Source: an uncultured Candidatus Saccharibacteria bacterium (GTDB lineage: Bacteria; Patescibacteriota; Minisyncoccia; Phycocordibacterales; JACOZG01). From it: a stretch of 64,000 nt of DNA. The translations under genes were made by a program, and so were the position numbers. Below, in pieces: positions 32,577-42,232 of the stretch (position 1 is the first letter of the stretch; each line of letters begins with the position of its first letter). The notes under the pieces are model-generated. The model did not search any database and was not told the DNA's origin. It worked only from the letters and a program-made list of their open reading frames with translations. Location: assembly GCA_964399075.1 (NCBI GenBank), contig CAYNPK010000001.1, positions 268,400 to 332,399 of the forward strand, given 5' to 3'.

Positions 32577-32605
32577 AAACTATGCTCTAATAATTAATCT
32601 GTCAA
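32577..32605 (-). promoter_or_regulatory. Sigma70-like promoter for target 2 (TTGACA-17-TAGTTT), homologous to the target-1 promoter
   Basis: The minus strand reads cTTGACAgattaattattagagcaTAGTTT. It is followed by a 5' UTR conserved with target 1. Confidence 0.45.
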
Positions 32606-32610
32606 GAGAC

Positions 32611-34257
32611 CTACATCTTCTCCGGAACCGTGATGCCTAAGAGATCCAAGCCGTTCTCAAGCACTTGCGCCACGGCGTTGGTCAAAGCCAAGCGATAATT
32701 TTCTTCCTCATTGCCGATAATTTTATTAACCGCGTAATAAGAATTGAAAGCAGAAGCTAATTCAGTTAAATAAGTAATTAAATAATTAGGCGAGTAGTCA
32801 GAAGCGGAGCGTTCGACAACTTCCGGGAAACGATACAAAATTCTCTCCACCAGACTAATCGCACTCCCCTCTCTTTCTGTTTCTTTAGCGAGAATATCCA
32901 AATCAATTTTCTTGTTCGCCTTAGCTACTACCGCTTTGGCCCGGACGCAAGTGTATTGCAAGTAAGGACCGGAGTCGCCTTCGAAGGAGAGAGATTTAGC
33001 AAAATCAAAAATAATATCCTTACCGGGCGATTGACGCAAAATGGAATATTTAAGCGCGGCAATTGCTACCTGCGTAGCAATCTTCTCTTTGTCTGTCTCA
33101 CTTAATTCTCTATCAGAAATTTTTTCCTCCACCAGACTCTCCACATCGGAAATCAACGATTCGCCAGTAATCACATTGCCCTTTCTTGATGACATTTTAC
33201 CCGTGGCAAGTTTGAGCATTCCGTGGGACAAATGCTTCGTTCGCTTAGCAACTTCTGGACGGATTTCCCACAAGGCTCGAAGTACAACCTTAAAATAAGC
33301 GTCCTGCTCATTGGCCGTAATAATAATCGATTCGTCAGCGGGATACTTCTCAAACTTTCGCAAAGCATGAGCAATGTCCTTGGACTCATAAGTCGGTACG
33401 CCTTGCTTGGTCACAAAAACTCGCGTATGGAGATTGGGTTCGAATTTCTCCCCTTCAAACACGATCGCACCGCCACTTTCTTTAAAAATCCCTTTTCCCA
33501 AAAACTCTTTGGTAATCGCCGTCGCCTCACCAGCCACCTCGCTTTCAAAAAAATAAAAATCAAATTTTGTCCCAAGCTTCTTATATAATTCCTCAAAGTG
33601 CTCAAGGCTCACTCTCTTGCCCCAAACATAAATCGTGGAGAGCTCTTCATCGTTCTTATCATACAATTTTTTATTTATCTCCTTGATCTCCTCTGTTGCC
33701 TGAACGTCAGTCTCATAAGCTTCCGCTCCGAGAGCGTAAGCTTTGCCGATATATTCCACCTGTTCACTCAAGCTTGACTCAATGACGCCACCCAGCTTCG
33801 TTATCCCCCAGACCGCCTTAGCAACATGCAAACCAACATCGCCCTGATAAGTATTACGCTTCACTTCGGCACCGTTCTTCTCGATTAGACGCGAGAGCGA
33901 TTCGCCGATCACGTTACCCATCAAGTGGCCAATGTGAAGAGGCTTCAATATGTTAGTATTAGTATATTCAATAATTACTTTCTTATTCTTTAAATTATCA
34001 CTCTGGCCAAAATTATTTTTTTTCTGATTGATCTCAATGATAGCTTGAGTAAAAAATTCAGGCGAGAAATAGAAATTAATAAAACCGCCAACAACAGCTA
34101 CTCTCTCCAGCCAAGCTGGTTTCTCTTTATTTATCTTAACCGCTAATTCTGTCGCCAAGCCACGCGCGTGGCATGAATAGTCACCATGATCTAAATTGCC
34201 AGGATGTTCAAATTTAAACGAGTCGCCCACCAATTTCTGTAATTCTTCAATAATCAT
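32611..34257 (-). CDS. argS: Arginyl-tRNA synthetase
   Basis: …KPLHIGHLMGNVIGE… HIGH region and …KMSSRKGNVI…. Confidence 0.9.
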   Translation of the reverse strand: MIIEELQKLVGDSFKFEHPGNLDHGDYSCHARGLATELAVKINKEKPAWLERVAVVGGFINFYFSPEFFTQAIIEINQKKNNFGQSDNLKNKKVIIEYTNTNILKPLHIGHLMGNVIGESLSRLIEKNGAEVKRNTYQGDVGLHVAKAVWGITKLGGVIESSLSEQVEYIGKAYALGAEAYETDVQATEEIKEINKKLYDKNDEELSTIYVWGKRVSLEHFEELYKKLGTKFDFYFFESEVAGEATAITKEFLGKGIFKESGGAIVFEGEKFEPNLHTRVFVTKQGVPTYESKDIAHALRKFEKYPADESIIITANEQDAYFKVVLRALWEIRPEVAKRTKHLSHGMLKLATGKMSSRKGNVITGESLISDVESLVEEKISDRELSETDKEKIATQVAIAALKYSILRQSPGKDIIFDFAKSLSFEGDSGPYLQYTCVRAKAVVAKANKKIDLDILAKETEREGSAISLVERILYRFPEVVERSASDYSPNYLITYLTELASAFNSYYAVNKIIGNEEENYRLALTNAVAQVLENGLDLLGITVPEKM

Positions 34258-34290
34258 TAGAGTTATCCTATCAAAAAAAATAGCTACAAG

Positions 34291-34716
34291 CTATCGCCCC
34301 GTGGAACCCCAGCGTCCTTGACCACGACTAGAATCAGACAGTTCTGGCACTTCTTCGAGCTCGGCAATCGCCACCGGGTAAATAATAAGTTGGGCGATTT
34401 TGTCACCGGTCTTGATCGCGTAAGATCGATTACTTAAATTTACCAAATGGATATTATACTCGCCACGATAACCAGCGTCATAGACACCACCCATGGTATG
34501 CAAACCGGCCTTAGCAATACTTCCCTTATCTTTCACAATACCAGCGTAACCATTCGCAAATTCCAAAGCAAAACCCAGAAAGAAAATATGATGCTCCCCC
34601 GGCTTAAGCTCATAATCTTCCAGGGAATACAAATCTAAACCAACATCGCCAGGATGAGCATAGCTCGGCAATTTAGCTTCCGGACTCAATTGTTTAATTT
34701 TTATCTTTAAATCCAT
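34291..34716 (-). CDS. dut: dUTP diphosphatase
   Basis: …AHPGDVGLDLYS…AGYRGEY…. Confidence 0.85.
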   Translation of the reverse strand: MDLKIKIKQLSPEAKLPSYAHPGDVGLDLYSLEDYELKPGEHHIFFLGFALEFANGYAGIVKDKGSIAKAGLHTMGGVYDAGYRGEYNIHLVNLSNRSYAIKTGDKIAQLIIYPVAIAELEEVPELSDSSRGQGRWGSTGR

Positions 34717-34717
34717 T

Positions 34718-35428
34718 TCAGATTTTCAGATTATTTTTAACTATTTCGAATACTCGCTCATGGACCGCCTCCGGCGGTAAACAAACCTGACCTCGACAAC
34801 ACTCAACTCTAACCCAATCCTTACTTCCCTTAGCCAAGTGGAGAGCGCTAGAGCAAGAATTCTTCAAATGAATCAGGTTATCTTCGGCAACGTCCTTCCG
34901 GCCTCGCAAATATTTTTTACTTCTCTGGAGAACTTTTTGTTCCAACCACTTCTTACTGACTTCAAACGGCACATCAAGATAAATAACCAAGTTTGGACGC
35001 GGAATTTTAAACACTCCGTATTCCATCTTATCAAGCCAAGTCAAGAAATCGCGACGCTGGCTTAAATTATCGATTTTACCCCCCTGATGAATTTGATTGG
35101 CGCTAACATAGCGATCAACCACAACGACATAGCCTGCCTCTAACCATTTAGCAATCAACTGACTTGATTCGAAGCGGTCCGCGGCGTACAGCACAGAAGC
35201 CACGCGAGGATCAGTTTGAATAAAGTCACCGTATTGGCCTGACAAATATTCGCCAATCAATTGACCAAAAAAGTTATCGTAATAGCGAGGAAAATCAATC
35301 GTTTTAACTTTTATTTTTTCTTTTTTTAATCTTTGGACCAGTAATTTAGTTTGCGTCGCCTTACCAGAACCATCGATTCCATCAATCACAATTAGTTTAC
35401 CTTTAATTTTAGAAATTCTAGACATCAT
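34718..35428 (-). CDS. tmk: Thymidylate kinase with Cys-containing C-terminal extension
   Basis: P-loop IVIDGIDGSGKATQ. C-terminal …VECCRGQVCLPPEAVHE…. Confidence 0.85.
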   Translation of the reverse strand: MMSRISKIKGKLIVIDGIDGSGKATQTKLLVQRLKKEKIKVKTIDFPRYYDNFFGQLIGEYLSGQYGDFIQTDPRVASVLYAADRFESSQLIAKWLEAGYVVVVDRYVSANQIHQGGKIDNLSQRRDFLTWLDKMEYGVFKIPRPNLVIYLDVPFEVSKKWLEQKVLQRSKKYLRGRKDVAEDNLIHLKNSCSSALHLAKGSKDWVRVECCRGQVCLPPEAVHERVFEIVKNNLKI

Positions 35429-35432
35429 TACT

Positions 35433-36620
35433 TTATTTTGATTTATTTTTCTTAATTTGCAATTTTAAAACCTTATCAATCTTCTTGGCAATCTGCTTCA
35501 TCTTCTCGGCCCTAGCGCCACGCGTTGTCTCGGCCGCCGTACCCAGACGAATGCCGGAGGGGTCAACTGGCGGACGCGAATCAAAGGGAATAGCATTCTT
35601 GTTAACAATAATCCCGCAAGCTTCTAAAGCCTCGCTAGCCATCCCACCGCTAACACCTGCCCCATCCTGCCAAGTGTCAACTAAAATCAAGTGGCTATCA
35701 GTACCACCTGAGACTAGACGCCAACCATACCTTCGAAGTTCATTTCCCAGAGTCTTGGCGTTCTCTATCACTCGTTGGGCGTACTTTTTGAAGTCGGGGC
35801 GGGAAGCTTCAGCCAGAGCCACAGCCACAGCGGCAATTTGATTGATATGCGGTCCACCCTGCAAGCCGGGGAAAACAGCTTTGTTAATTTTTTTGATTAA
35901 TTCCTGTCGGCAAAAAATCAACGCCGCTCGCGGACCACGCAGAGTCTTATGGGTAGTAGTGGTCACCACATCAGCATATTTAAACGGCGAAGGATAGGCG
36001 CCACCAGCAATCAAACCAGCGACGTGCGACATGTCCACCATTAAGTAAGCGCCACAACTATCGGCGATATGGCGAAATTTTTTAAAATTAATTTTACGAG
36101 GATAAGCTGTGTAGCCAGCCACGATAATCGCCGGCTTCTCGCGACGAGCAATTTTTTCTAAATCATCATAATTCAACTGTTCCGTCTTCTGACTAACGCC
36201 GTAAGGAATTTGTTGCCAAATTTTACCGGTAGCCGAGACGAAATGGCCATGCGTTAGATGTCCACCCTGATCAAGTGACATACCCATAATTTTTCCACCA
36301 AGTGGCACTAGTCCAAGATAGACCGCTAAATTAGCCGGCGAGCCGGAAAGTGGCTGAACGTTAACATTCCAGACCTTAGGTTTTAATTGATAGAGTTTAA
36401 GAGCGCGAGCTTGACACAATTTTTCCACCTCATCAACAATTTCATTACCGCCATAATATCGAGCTTCTGGATAACCCTCGGCGTACTTATTATTAAATTC
36501 CGAACCAAGCGCCAGTAAAACATCCCGAGAAACATAATTCTCCGAAGCGATTAAATTAATAACCCGCTTCTGCCTTGCCCGCTCCATTTTAATTAGTTTT
36601 TCGACTTGTTTGTCTTGCAT
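35433..36620 (-). CDS. glyA: Serine hydroxymethyltransferase
   Basis: …VTTTTHKTLRGPR… PLP-lysine region. SGGTDSHL. Confidence 0.9.
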   Translation of the reverse strand: MQDKQVEKLIKMERARQKRVINLIASENYVSRDVLLALGSEFNNKYAEGYPEARYYGGNEIVDEVEKLCQARALKLYQLKPKVWNVNVQPLSGSPANLAVYLGLVPLGGKIMGMSLDQGGHLTHGHFVSATGKIWQQIPYGVSQKTEQLNYDDLEKIARREKPAIIVAGYTAYPRKINFKKFRHIADSCGAYLMVDMSHVAGLIAGGAYPSPFKYADVVTTTTHKTLRGPRAALIFCRQELIKKINKAVFPGLQGGPHINQIAAVAVALAEASRPDFKKYAQRVIENAKTLGNELRRYGWRLVSGGTDSHLILVDTWQDGAGVSGGMASEALEACGIIVNKNAIPFDSRPPVDPSGIRLGTAAETTRGARAEKMKQIAKKIDKVLKLQIKKNKSK

Positions 36621-36658
36621 AAAGTCAATACTAGCAGAGTTTAAGTTAAGAGACTATA

Positions 36659-37582
36659 ATGAAAATAATGTATCTTCCTTACACACAACGTTCTCCGGAT
36701 AATCAATATCAACGCCTATTGCGCGATATTTTAGAACAGGGAACATTGACCCCAAGCCAGCAGGGTACAGACGCTATAACATTAATAGCCCCCAAACCCT
36801 TACGCTTTCGCCTAGAGAACGGATTTCCGATGATCACCGAGCGTAACTTAAACCCTAAGCCATCCGAACATTTACCTGTGACTATCTGGCAACAAGCCAT
36901 AGGCGAAATTTGCGCTTTTATAAATGGCGCCAGAACCCAAACAAAATTGGAACAATTTGGCTGTTATTGGTGGCGACATTGGGTAACAGAAGAAAAATGT
37001 CGCAAACGCAATTTAGAACCAGGTGATCTAGGCCCAGGTTCTTATGGTGCCGCTTTTCATGATTTTCCCACCATAGAAGGTGATACTTTTAATCAATTTG
37101 CGCACTTAGTGGAACAACTTAAAGAAGAACCGCAACTGCGCACCCATTTTGTAACACCCTGGATTCCGCAATACATAGTCCGAGGCAAAGGCAAACAACA
37201 AAAAGTAGTCGTCGCTCCTTGTCACGGCTGGGTTCACGCAAGAATTATTAATAACAAGCTAACCCTCCACATGTTCCAGCGCTCCGCCGATGTCCCCGTC
37301 GGTGTTCCAGCTAATATGATACAATATGCCGCCCTGACTTTAATGCTCGCGAAGGTAACAGGAGTAGAACCCTATGAATATATCCACAGCTTCTCTGACA
37401 CCCACATTTATGTTGACCAGAAACCAGCGGTAGAAATAATGCTAAACCGAGAGCCAAGAGCCTTCCCAACCATTACTCTCAACCCAACCAAAACAGATCT
37501 TTTCGCTTTCCGTAAAGAAGATTTCACTCTGACTGACTACGAGCCTCATCCGGGAATCAAAGAGATTCCAGTGGCTATTTAA
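36659..37582 (+). CDS. thyA: Thymidylate synthase (ThyA type)
   Basis: Active site …VVAPCHGWVH… (PCH motif). Confidence 0.9.
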   Translation: MKIMYLPYTQRSPDNQYQRLLRDILEQGTLTPSQQGTDAITLIAPKPLRFRLENGFPMITERNLNPKPSEHLPVTIWQQAIGEICAFINGARTQTKLEQFGCYWWRHWVTEEKCRKRNLEPGDLGPGSYGAAFHDFPTIEGDTFNQFAHLVEQLKEEPQLRTHFVTPWIPQYIVRGKGKQQKVVVAPCHGWVHARIINNKLTLHMFQRSADVPVGVPANMIQYAALTLMLAKVTGVEPYEYIHSFSDTHIYVDQKPAVEIMLNREPRAFPTITLNPTKTDLFAFRKEDFTLTDYEPHPGIKEIPVAI

Positions 37583-37585
37583 ATT

Positions 37586-38077
37586 ATGATTTCCATCATC
37601 GCCGCTATCGCCGAAAATAATTGCATCGGTATCAACAACAAACTCCCCTGGCACTTACCTGGCGATTTGAAAAATTTTGCCCGTCTAACTAGCAACAAAA
37701 CAGTCGTTATGGGAATGAATACTTATAAATCAATTGTAAATGCCTTAGGAAAGTCTTTGCCTAATCGCACCAACATCATTCTAACTTTTGAAATTAACCA
37801 AAACATTAAGGAGCGACAGATGAAATCTTGGGAAGAAGTGAGGAAACTAGCTGAAACTGAAGAAGTCTTCGTTATCGGCGGGGGAAGCGTTTATAAACAA
37901 GCACTTGATTTCGCAAACCGTCTGTACATCACTCGCGTCCACGCCAAACCATTCGGCGATACATTCTTTCCACCGATTGAATTAAACAAATGGGAATTAA
38001 AAAGCTCTCAACCCGCCATCAAACAACCCAATGACGAATGTGACTATACTTTCGAGATCTATGAACGACAAAAATAA
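37586..38077 (+). CDS. folA: Dihydrofolate reductase
   Basis: MISIIAAIAENNCIGINNKLPWHLPGDLKNF…. Confidence 0.85.
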   Translation: MISIIAAIAENNCIGINNKLPWHLPGDLKNFARLTSNKTVVMGMNTYKSIVNALGKSLPNRTNIILTFEINQNIKERQMKSWEEVRKLAETEEVFVIGGGSVYKQALDFANRLYITRVHAKPFGDTFFPPIELNKWELKSSQPAIKQPNDECDYTFEIYERQK

Positions 38078-38537
38078 ATTTATCAATCTCTCTTCTGTCC
38101 GCCGTCAAGATCAACGTCAAGTAATGGAAGCTATTAACAAACAAGGTCATTGTCCTTTTTGTCGAGAAAATTTGGAAAAATATCATAAAAATCCAATTCT
38201 CAAGGAAGGTAAATTTTGGTTACTTACCGAAAATCAGTGGCCCTACGAAAAGATCAAACATCAACTATTAGCAATTTATAAAACCCACATTGAACATATT
38301 AAAGATTTAGACCCAGAAGCGGGCAAAGAATTAATTGTGCTGTTCGCCGAGGAAACCAAAAAACGAAAGATTCCAGGCGGTGGTTTGGCAATGCGCTTCG
38401 GGAATAATCCAAAATTAGGAAATTACGGTTCAAGTGTCCAACATCTTCATGCCCACCTTATCGAACCAGATTTGGCCGCTCTGGCTTCAGACGAAGCGTG
38501 GCGTTTCAAATTCGGTCAATCTAAAAATTCCACATAA
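38031..38537 (+). CDS. HIT family protein. Probable start at the internal Met near 38061.
   Basis: CPFC…VQHLHAHLI histidine triad. Confidence 0.7.
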   Translation: MTNVTILSRSMNDKNKFINLSSVRRQDQRQVMEAINKQGHCPFCRENLEKYHKNPILKEGKFWLLTENQWPYEKIKHQLLAIYKTHIEHIKDLDPEAGKELIVLFAEETKKRKIPGGGLAMRFGNNPKLGNYGSSVQHLHAHLIEPDLAALASDEAWRFKFGQSKNST

Positions 38538-39358
38538 ACAACCTCTACCCCTTGAGAGCGCAGGATGCTTTCACCATCCAAGGCACCATAACCGCGATTA
38601 TAATAAAGTTTTTTGATGCCAGAGTAAGCTATTAATTTGGCGCAGGGCGGGCAAGGAAAATCGGAGCAATACAACTCACAACCTGCGAGTGAAATCCCCC
38701 TCCTGGCCGCCTCGGCAATAACACCAGCCTCGGCGTGAATCACGGTTGAAAGATCGACACCTTGTCCTTGTTTAAAAAGATTACGCGGATCACCATCAAT
38801 GTAAGGCAAATGTTCTGAGGGTACGTGCCGATTGTGATTCCGCAAAACTTCTTGACCGTCCTTCAGGACAATCGCCCCCACTCGTCGCCACCAACAAGAA
38901 CTTTTATCCCCTTCATCCTTAGCTTGAGCCATAATTTTTTTATCAAATTCTTGACTAGAAATTTTGATATCCGGACTAATCGGCCGTGGCGCTGAAACCA
39001 GATGCTTATCCCAACGAAGAAAAATGCTGTCAAAAATGATTTGCCGTCCAGAAAAATAAACTTCAGCCAAAGAAAGCGACACATCCTCTCGAGGCATAAT
39101 GATCTCTCCTTTACCTTCACTAAGAAATTTCAATTTAGCCTCGTCCAAAATTTCCACTGTCTTAAAAATTCCGAGCGCCAGAACAGCTTGGCGCATTAGC
39201 TCTGGATCCAGAGCTCGAATTTCTTTACGCAAATAATCAAATTTAGCAATCACTTCCGGCCCAAAAATATAGAGACTGTTGGCATCGCGATATTTTTCAA
39301 AAAACCGCCTATATCCCTCGTGAAGAACCGGAACATAGGCGATAATAACTCGTTTCAT
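38516..39358 (-). CDS. dCMP deaminase-domain protein with an about 150-aa N-terminal extension
   Basis: C-terminal HAEAGVIAEA…CSDFPCPPCAKLI zinc-binding CDA fold. Confidence 0.75.
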   Translation of the reverse strand: MKRVIIAYVPVLHEGYRRFFEKYRDANSLYIFGPEVIAKFDYLRKEIRALDPELMRQAVLALGIFKTVEILDEAKLKFLSEGKGEIIMPREDVSLSLAEVYFSGRQIIFDSIFLRWDKHLVSAPRPISPDIKISSQEFDKKIMAQAKDEGDKSSCWWRRVGAIVLKDGQEVLRNHNRHVPSEHLPYIDGDPRNLFKQGQGVDLSTVIHAEAGVIAEAARRGISLAGCELYCSDFPCPPCAKLIAYSGIKKLYYNRGYGALDGESILRSQGVEVVYVEFLD

Positions 39359-39363
39359 CTAAT

Positions 39364-39966
39364 CTATTTGGCTTGATTCAAAACTTCTTGCAAGGTACTA
39401 ATCAATTTCGGCGTTAGAGTTTGTTCCAATTTTTTAGCGGTATTGATCTGAAGTAAACGCAATTTGGCGCTGGTAGTGGTAGTAGCCATTCGTTTAAGCA
39501 CCACCACGCGACCGCAATATTGTCCAAGTGCCTTAATCTGAGTTTTAGTATAAGAATCCTCGGTGGCAATAAGCAAATCCGGCTTGATAATTTTAATCAG
39601 TGACCATTTAGGTGCCTTCAGGGGTTTGAGGACAACCAAATCAACCGAGCGTAAATGGGTTAAAATTTCCAATCGCTCTTGTTCTGGCACCACTGGTCGC
39701 TCTGGCCCCTTGCGAGCTTTAACCTTCTCATCGCTATCGACACCAACAACAAGCAAGTCTCCATGTTTTTTGGCAGCCTCCAAATAACGAGCATGCCCAA
39801 TATGAACCATGTCAAAAGTCCCTTGAGTAAGCACGATCCGCAAACCTAAGCCCTTGCAATGGTAAATAAATTTGGCCAATTTTTTATAATCGGCAATAAT
39901 TCGGTTATTAGAACGAGCGCTGTCACCAAAAACAGCTTTTTCCACCACAAGATTTATGTCTCCCAT
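39364..39966 (-). CDS. Cytidylyltransferase-like nucleotidyltransferase (HxGH family)
   Basis: …TQGTFDMVHIGHARYLEAAKKHGDLLVVGVDSD…. Confidence 0.6.
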   Translation of the reverse strand: MGDINLVVEKAVFGDSARSNNRIIADYKKLAKFIYHCKGLGLRIVLTQGTFDMVHIGHARYLEAAKKHGDLLVVGVDSDEKVKARKGPERPVVPEQERLEILTHLRSVDLVVLKPLKAPKWSLIKIIKPDLLIATEDSYTKTQIKALGQYCGRVVVLKRMATTTTSAKLRLLQINTAKKLEQTLTPKLISTLQEVLNQAK

Positions 39967-39970
39967 TTTG

Positions 39971-40399
39971 CTATTTTACCACCTCAATCCCCATAGAGCG
40001 AGCGGAGCCGGCGATAATCTTCATCGCCTGATCAACATCAGTAGTATTAAGATCAGACAGCTTCTTCTCTGCTACCTCGCGTAGTTGAGCTTGGGTAATT
40101 TTACCAATTTTCTTAGTATTAGGGCGTCCGGAACCTTTCTCCTGCCCGAGACTCTTCAACAGTAAATTAGAGGCTGGTGAAGTTTTTAAAATAAAGTCAA
40201 AACTCCTATCCTGATAAACAGAGATAATCACCGGCACCACCTCACCAGCCATCTTAGAAGTGGCGGTGTTAAATTTAGTAACAAATTCGCCAATGTTAAT
40301 ACCGGCTTGACCAAGAGCTGGACCAACCGGCGGAGCCGGAGTGGCTTTACCGGCGGGAATCACTAATTTAACTTGTTTGACTGGTTTTTTTTCTGCCAT
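39971..40399 (-). CDS. rplK: 50S ribosomal protein L11
   Basis: [36 protein letters not shown]…. Confidence 0.9.
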   Translation of the reverse strand: MAEKKPVKQVKLVIPAGKATPAPPVGPALGQAGINIGEFVTKFNTATSKMAGEVVPVIISVYQDRSFDFILKTSPASNLLLKSLGQEKGSGRPNTKKIGKITQAQLREVAEKKLSDLNTTDVDQAMKIIAGSARSMGIEVVK

Positions 40400-40415
40400 A
40401 TATAATGAATCTAAC

Positions 40416-40961
40416 TTAAATTTTCTTAACTTGCAAGAAGTCTATTTCTACCGGCGTCTCACGACCAAACATCGAAACCAGCACTTTAACTTTACCCCTA
40501 TCCTCATCAATCTCATTAACCTTACCCTCAAAATCTTTAAAGGGCCCGTCGACAATTTGCACCGCCTCATCAACAATTAAATCAATCTTGTGTTTGATGT
40601 GATCAGCATTCATACGAGAAAATAGATTATCTACTTCTGATTTATCCAGAGGCACTGGCACCACGCCAGAGCCAACAAAACCGGTTACCCGCGGAGTATT
40701 GCGAACCACGTACCAAGAATCATCAGTGACAACCATATCAACCAGAACATAACCTGGGTAAATTTTTTCCTCCATAGTTATTCGCTTACCGCCCTTAACC
40801 TTGACCTTCTTTTCAATTGGCACAATGACGTTAAAAATTTTATGACCCATATCTAAAGAGTCAATTCGCTGTTTCAAATTACGCGCCACGGCGTTCTCAT
40901 AACCAGCGTAAGTATGGATCGCGTACCAATTTCGCTCTGGATGAAGTTCTTGCTTGCTCAT
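40416..40961 (-). CDS. nusG: Transcription antitermination factor NusG
   Basis: …[14 protein letters not shown]…KOW …[18 protein letters not shown]…. Confidence 0.9.
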   Translation of the reverse strand: MSKQELHPERNWYAIHTYAGYENAVARNLKQRIDSLDMGHKIFNVIVPIEKKVKVKGGKRITMEEKIYPGYVLVDMVVTDDSWYVVRNTPRVTGFVGSGVVPVPLDKSEVDNLFSRMNADHIKHKIDLIVDEAVQIVDGPFKDFEGKVNEIDEDRGKVKVLVSMFGRETPVEIDFLQVKKI

Positions 40962-40984
40962 GTTAATTAATGAAAAAAATAAAA

Positions 40985-41161
40985 TTAAATAACCAAACGC
41001 AAAATAGAATTAAAAACTAAATCAGCTAAACCCAGTAAAGAGGCTATGACTAAAGAAAAAACAATCACCACTGCTGTATAAGCAATGATTTGTTGACGGC
41101 TAGACCAATTAACATGCTTTAATTCAGCTCTAGTGCCCTTAATGTAAGCGGTAAGATTCAT
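40985..41161 (-). CDS. secE: Preprotein translocase subunit SecE (58 aa, below ORF-track cutoff)
   Basis: MNLTAYIKGTRAELKHVNWSSRQQIIAYTAVVIVFSLVIASLLGLADLVFNSILRLVI. Sits directly upstream of nusG. Confidence 0.6.
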   Translation of the reverse strand: MNLTAYIKGTRAELKHVNWSSRQQIIAYTAVVIVFSLVIASLLGLADLVFNSILRLVI

Positions 41162-41200
41162 GATTGAATAATTAATTATTTAACACTTTTTAATATGATA

Positions 41201-41770
41201 TTAGGGCTGAAGAATATCTTCCGTTTGACCATCAATAGAGATGATCACCTCATTGACAGCGGGAAACTGCTTAAGCGTCTCGGTAATTTGAGCGCGGATG
41301 GCTGTTACGGCGCAAGCGCCACCAATCTGATGTCCTAACTCCGAACTAAAATCGACCGAAGCGATACCGTCCACAATAGACAGAGACTGAATCTTAACAC
41401 CAGAATTAATAGAAGTGGCAAAACCACGAGCAATCTCATCTTCACTTGGACCAGCCAATAATTCTTCTAGAGCCGCTCGCGCTATTGCCGGAGTTTTCTG
41501 GATTCTTCGGCTAGTTGGATAAACTCGTTCACAATACAACATCTCCGGATCTTGTTCGGAATTACTAAAGAAAACTCTGACTACCTGTGGCTGAATCTCG
41601 ATAGGAGGAACTGAGGGAATCGGGGTTTGCTCCTCAATATCAATAATCGGCGGTTCCGACTCCAATTCCGGGCTAGACTCAATAACGCTTGACTGCCAAG
41701 CGAAAGCCACAACAGACAGGATAACAATAGCGCCAACCGCGATAACAATATTACGAACATTTGTAGCCAT
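41201..41770 (-). CDS. GerMN-domain-like secreted/membrane-anchored protein
   Basis: N-terminal TM, Pro-rich spacer, …VVRVFFSN…LYCERVYP… GerMN-like. Confidence 0.45.
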   Translation of the reverse strand: MATNVRNIVIAVGAIVILSVVAFAWQSSVIESSPELESEPPIIDIEEQTPIPSVPPIEIQPQVVRVFFSNSEQDPEMLYCERVYPTSRRIQKTPAIARAALEELLAGPSEDEIARGFATSINSGVKIQSLSIVDGIASVDFSSELGHQIGGACAVTAIRAQITETLKQFPAVNEVIISIDGQTEDILQP

Positions 41771-41881
41771 GTCTTCAATTAAACACTTTTTTTACTAAAA
41801 TTGCAACTTTTAAAGTTTTAAATAAAAAAGGGAAGAGCGATTGTCGTTAGACAACCGCTCTGGATTCAGCCGGAATCAGGA

Positions 41882-42097
41882 TCAGCGAAGTTTGGGTGCG
41901 ACGTCAGGATCGGGAGTTTTGATAGCAGTTGCATTCTCCCGTTTGATAGCATCGTACACCTCTTTTCTGTGGACAGAGATCTCGCCAGGAGCGGTAATCC
42001 CCAACCGCACTTTGTCACCACGGATGTCCACGATGGTGATCTCAATGTTATCACCAATCATGATCGTCTGATCCCGTTGCCGCGACAACACTAACAT
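41882..42097 (-). CDS. csrA: Carbon storage regulator CsrA (71 aa). The ORF-track upstream extension is rejected. AAGGAGG RBS 7 nt before ATG.
   Basis: [55 protein letters not shown] matches the CsrA fold signature (…MIGD…G.NAP….V.R.E). Confidence 0.8.
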   Translation of the reverse strand: MLVLSRQRDQTIMIGDNIEITIVDIRGDKVRLGITAPGEISVHRKEVYDAIKRENATAIKTPDPDVAPKLR

Positions 42098-42232
42098 GGC
42101 AAACCTCCTTATTTGCCAAACACCAAATGAAATGATCCAAATCGACGCCAATTTACTTATAACAAAAAACCAGCCGTTGCGCAAGTACACAACGGCTGGT
42201 GGGTAAGCAGGGGTAGGCCAACCCCTACTTAA

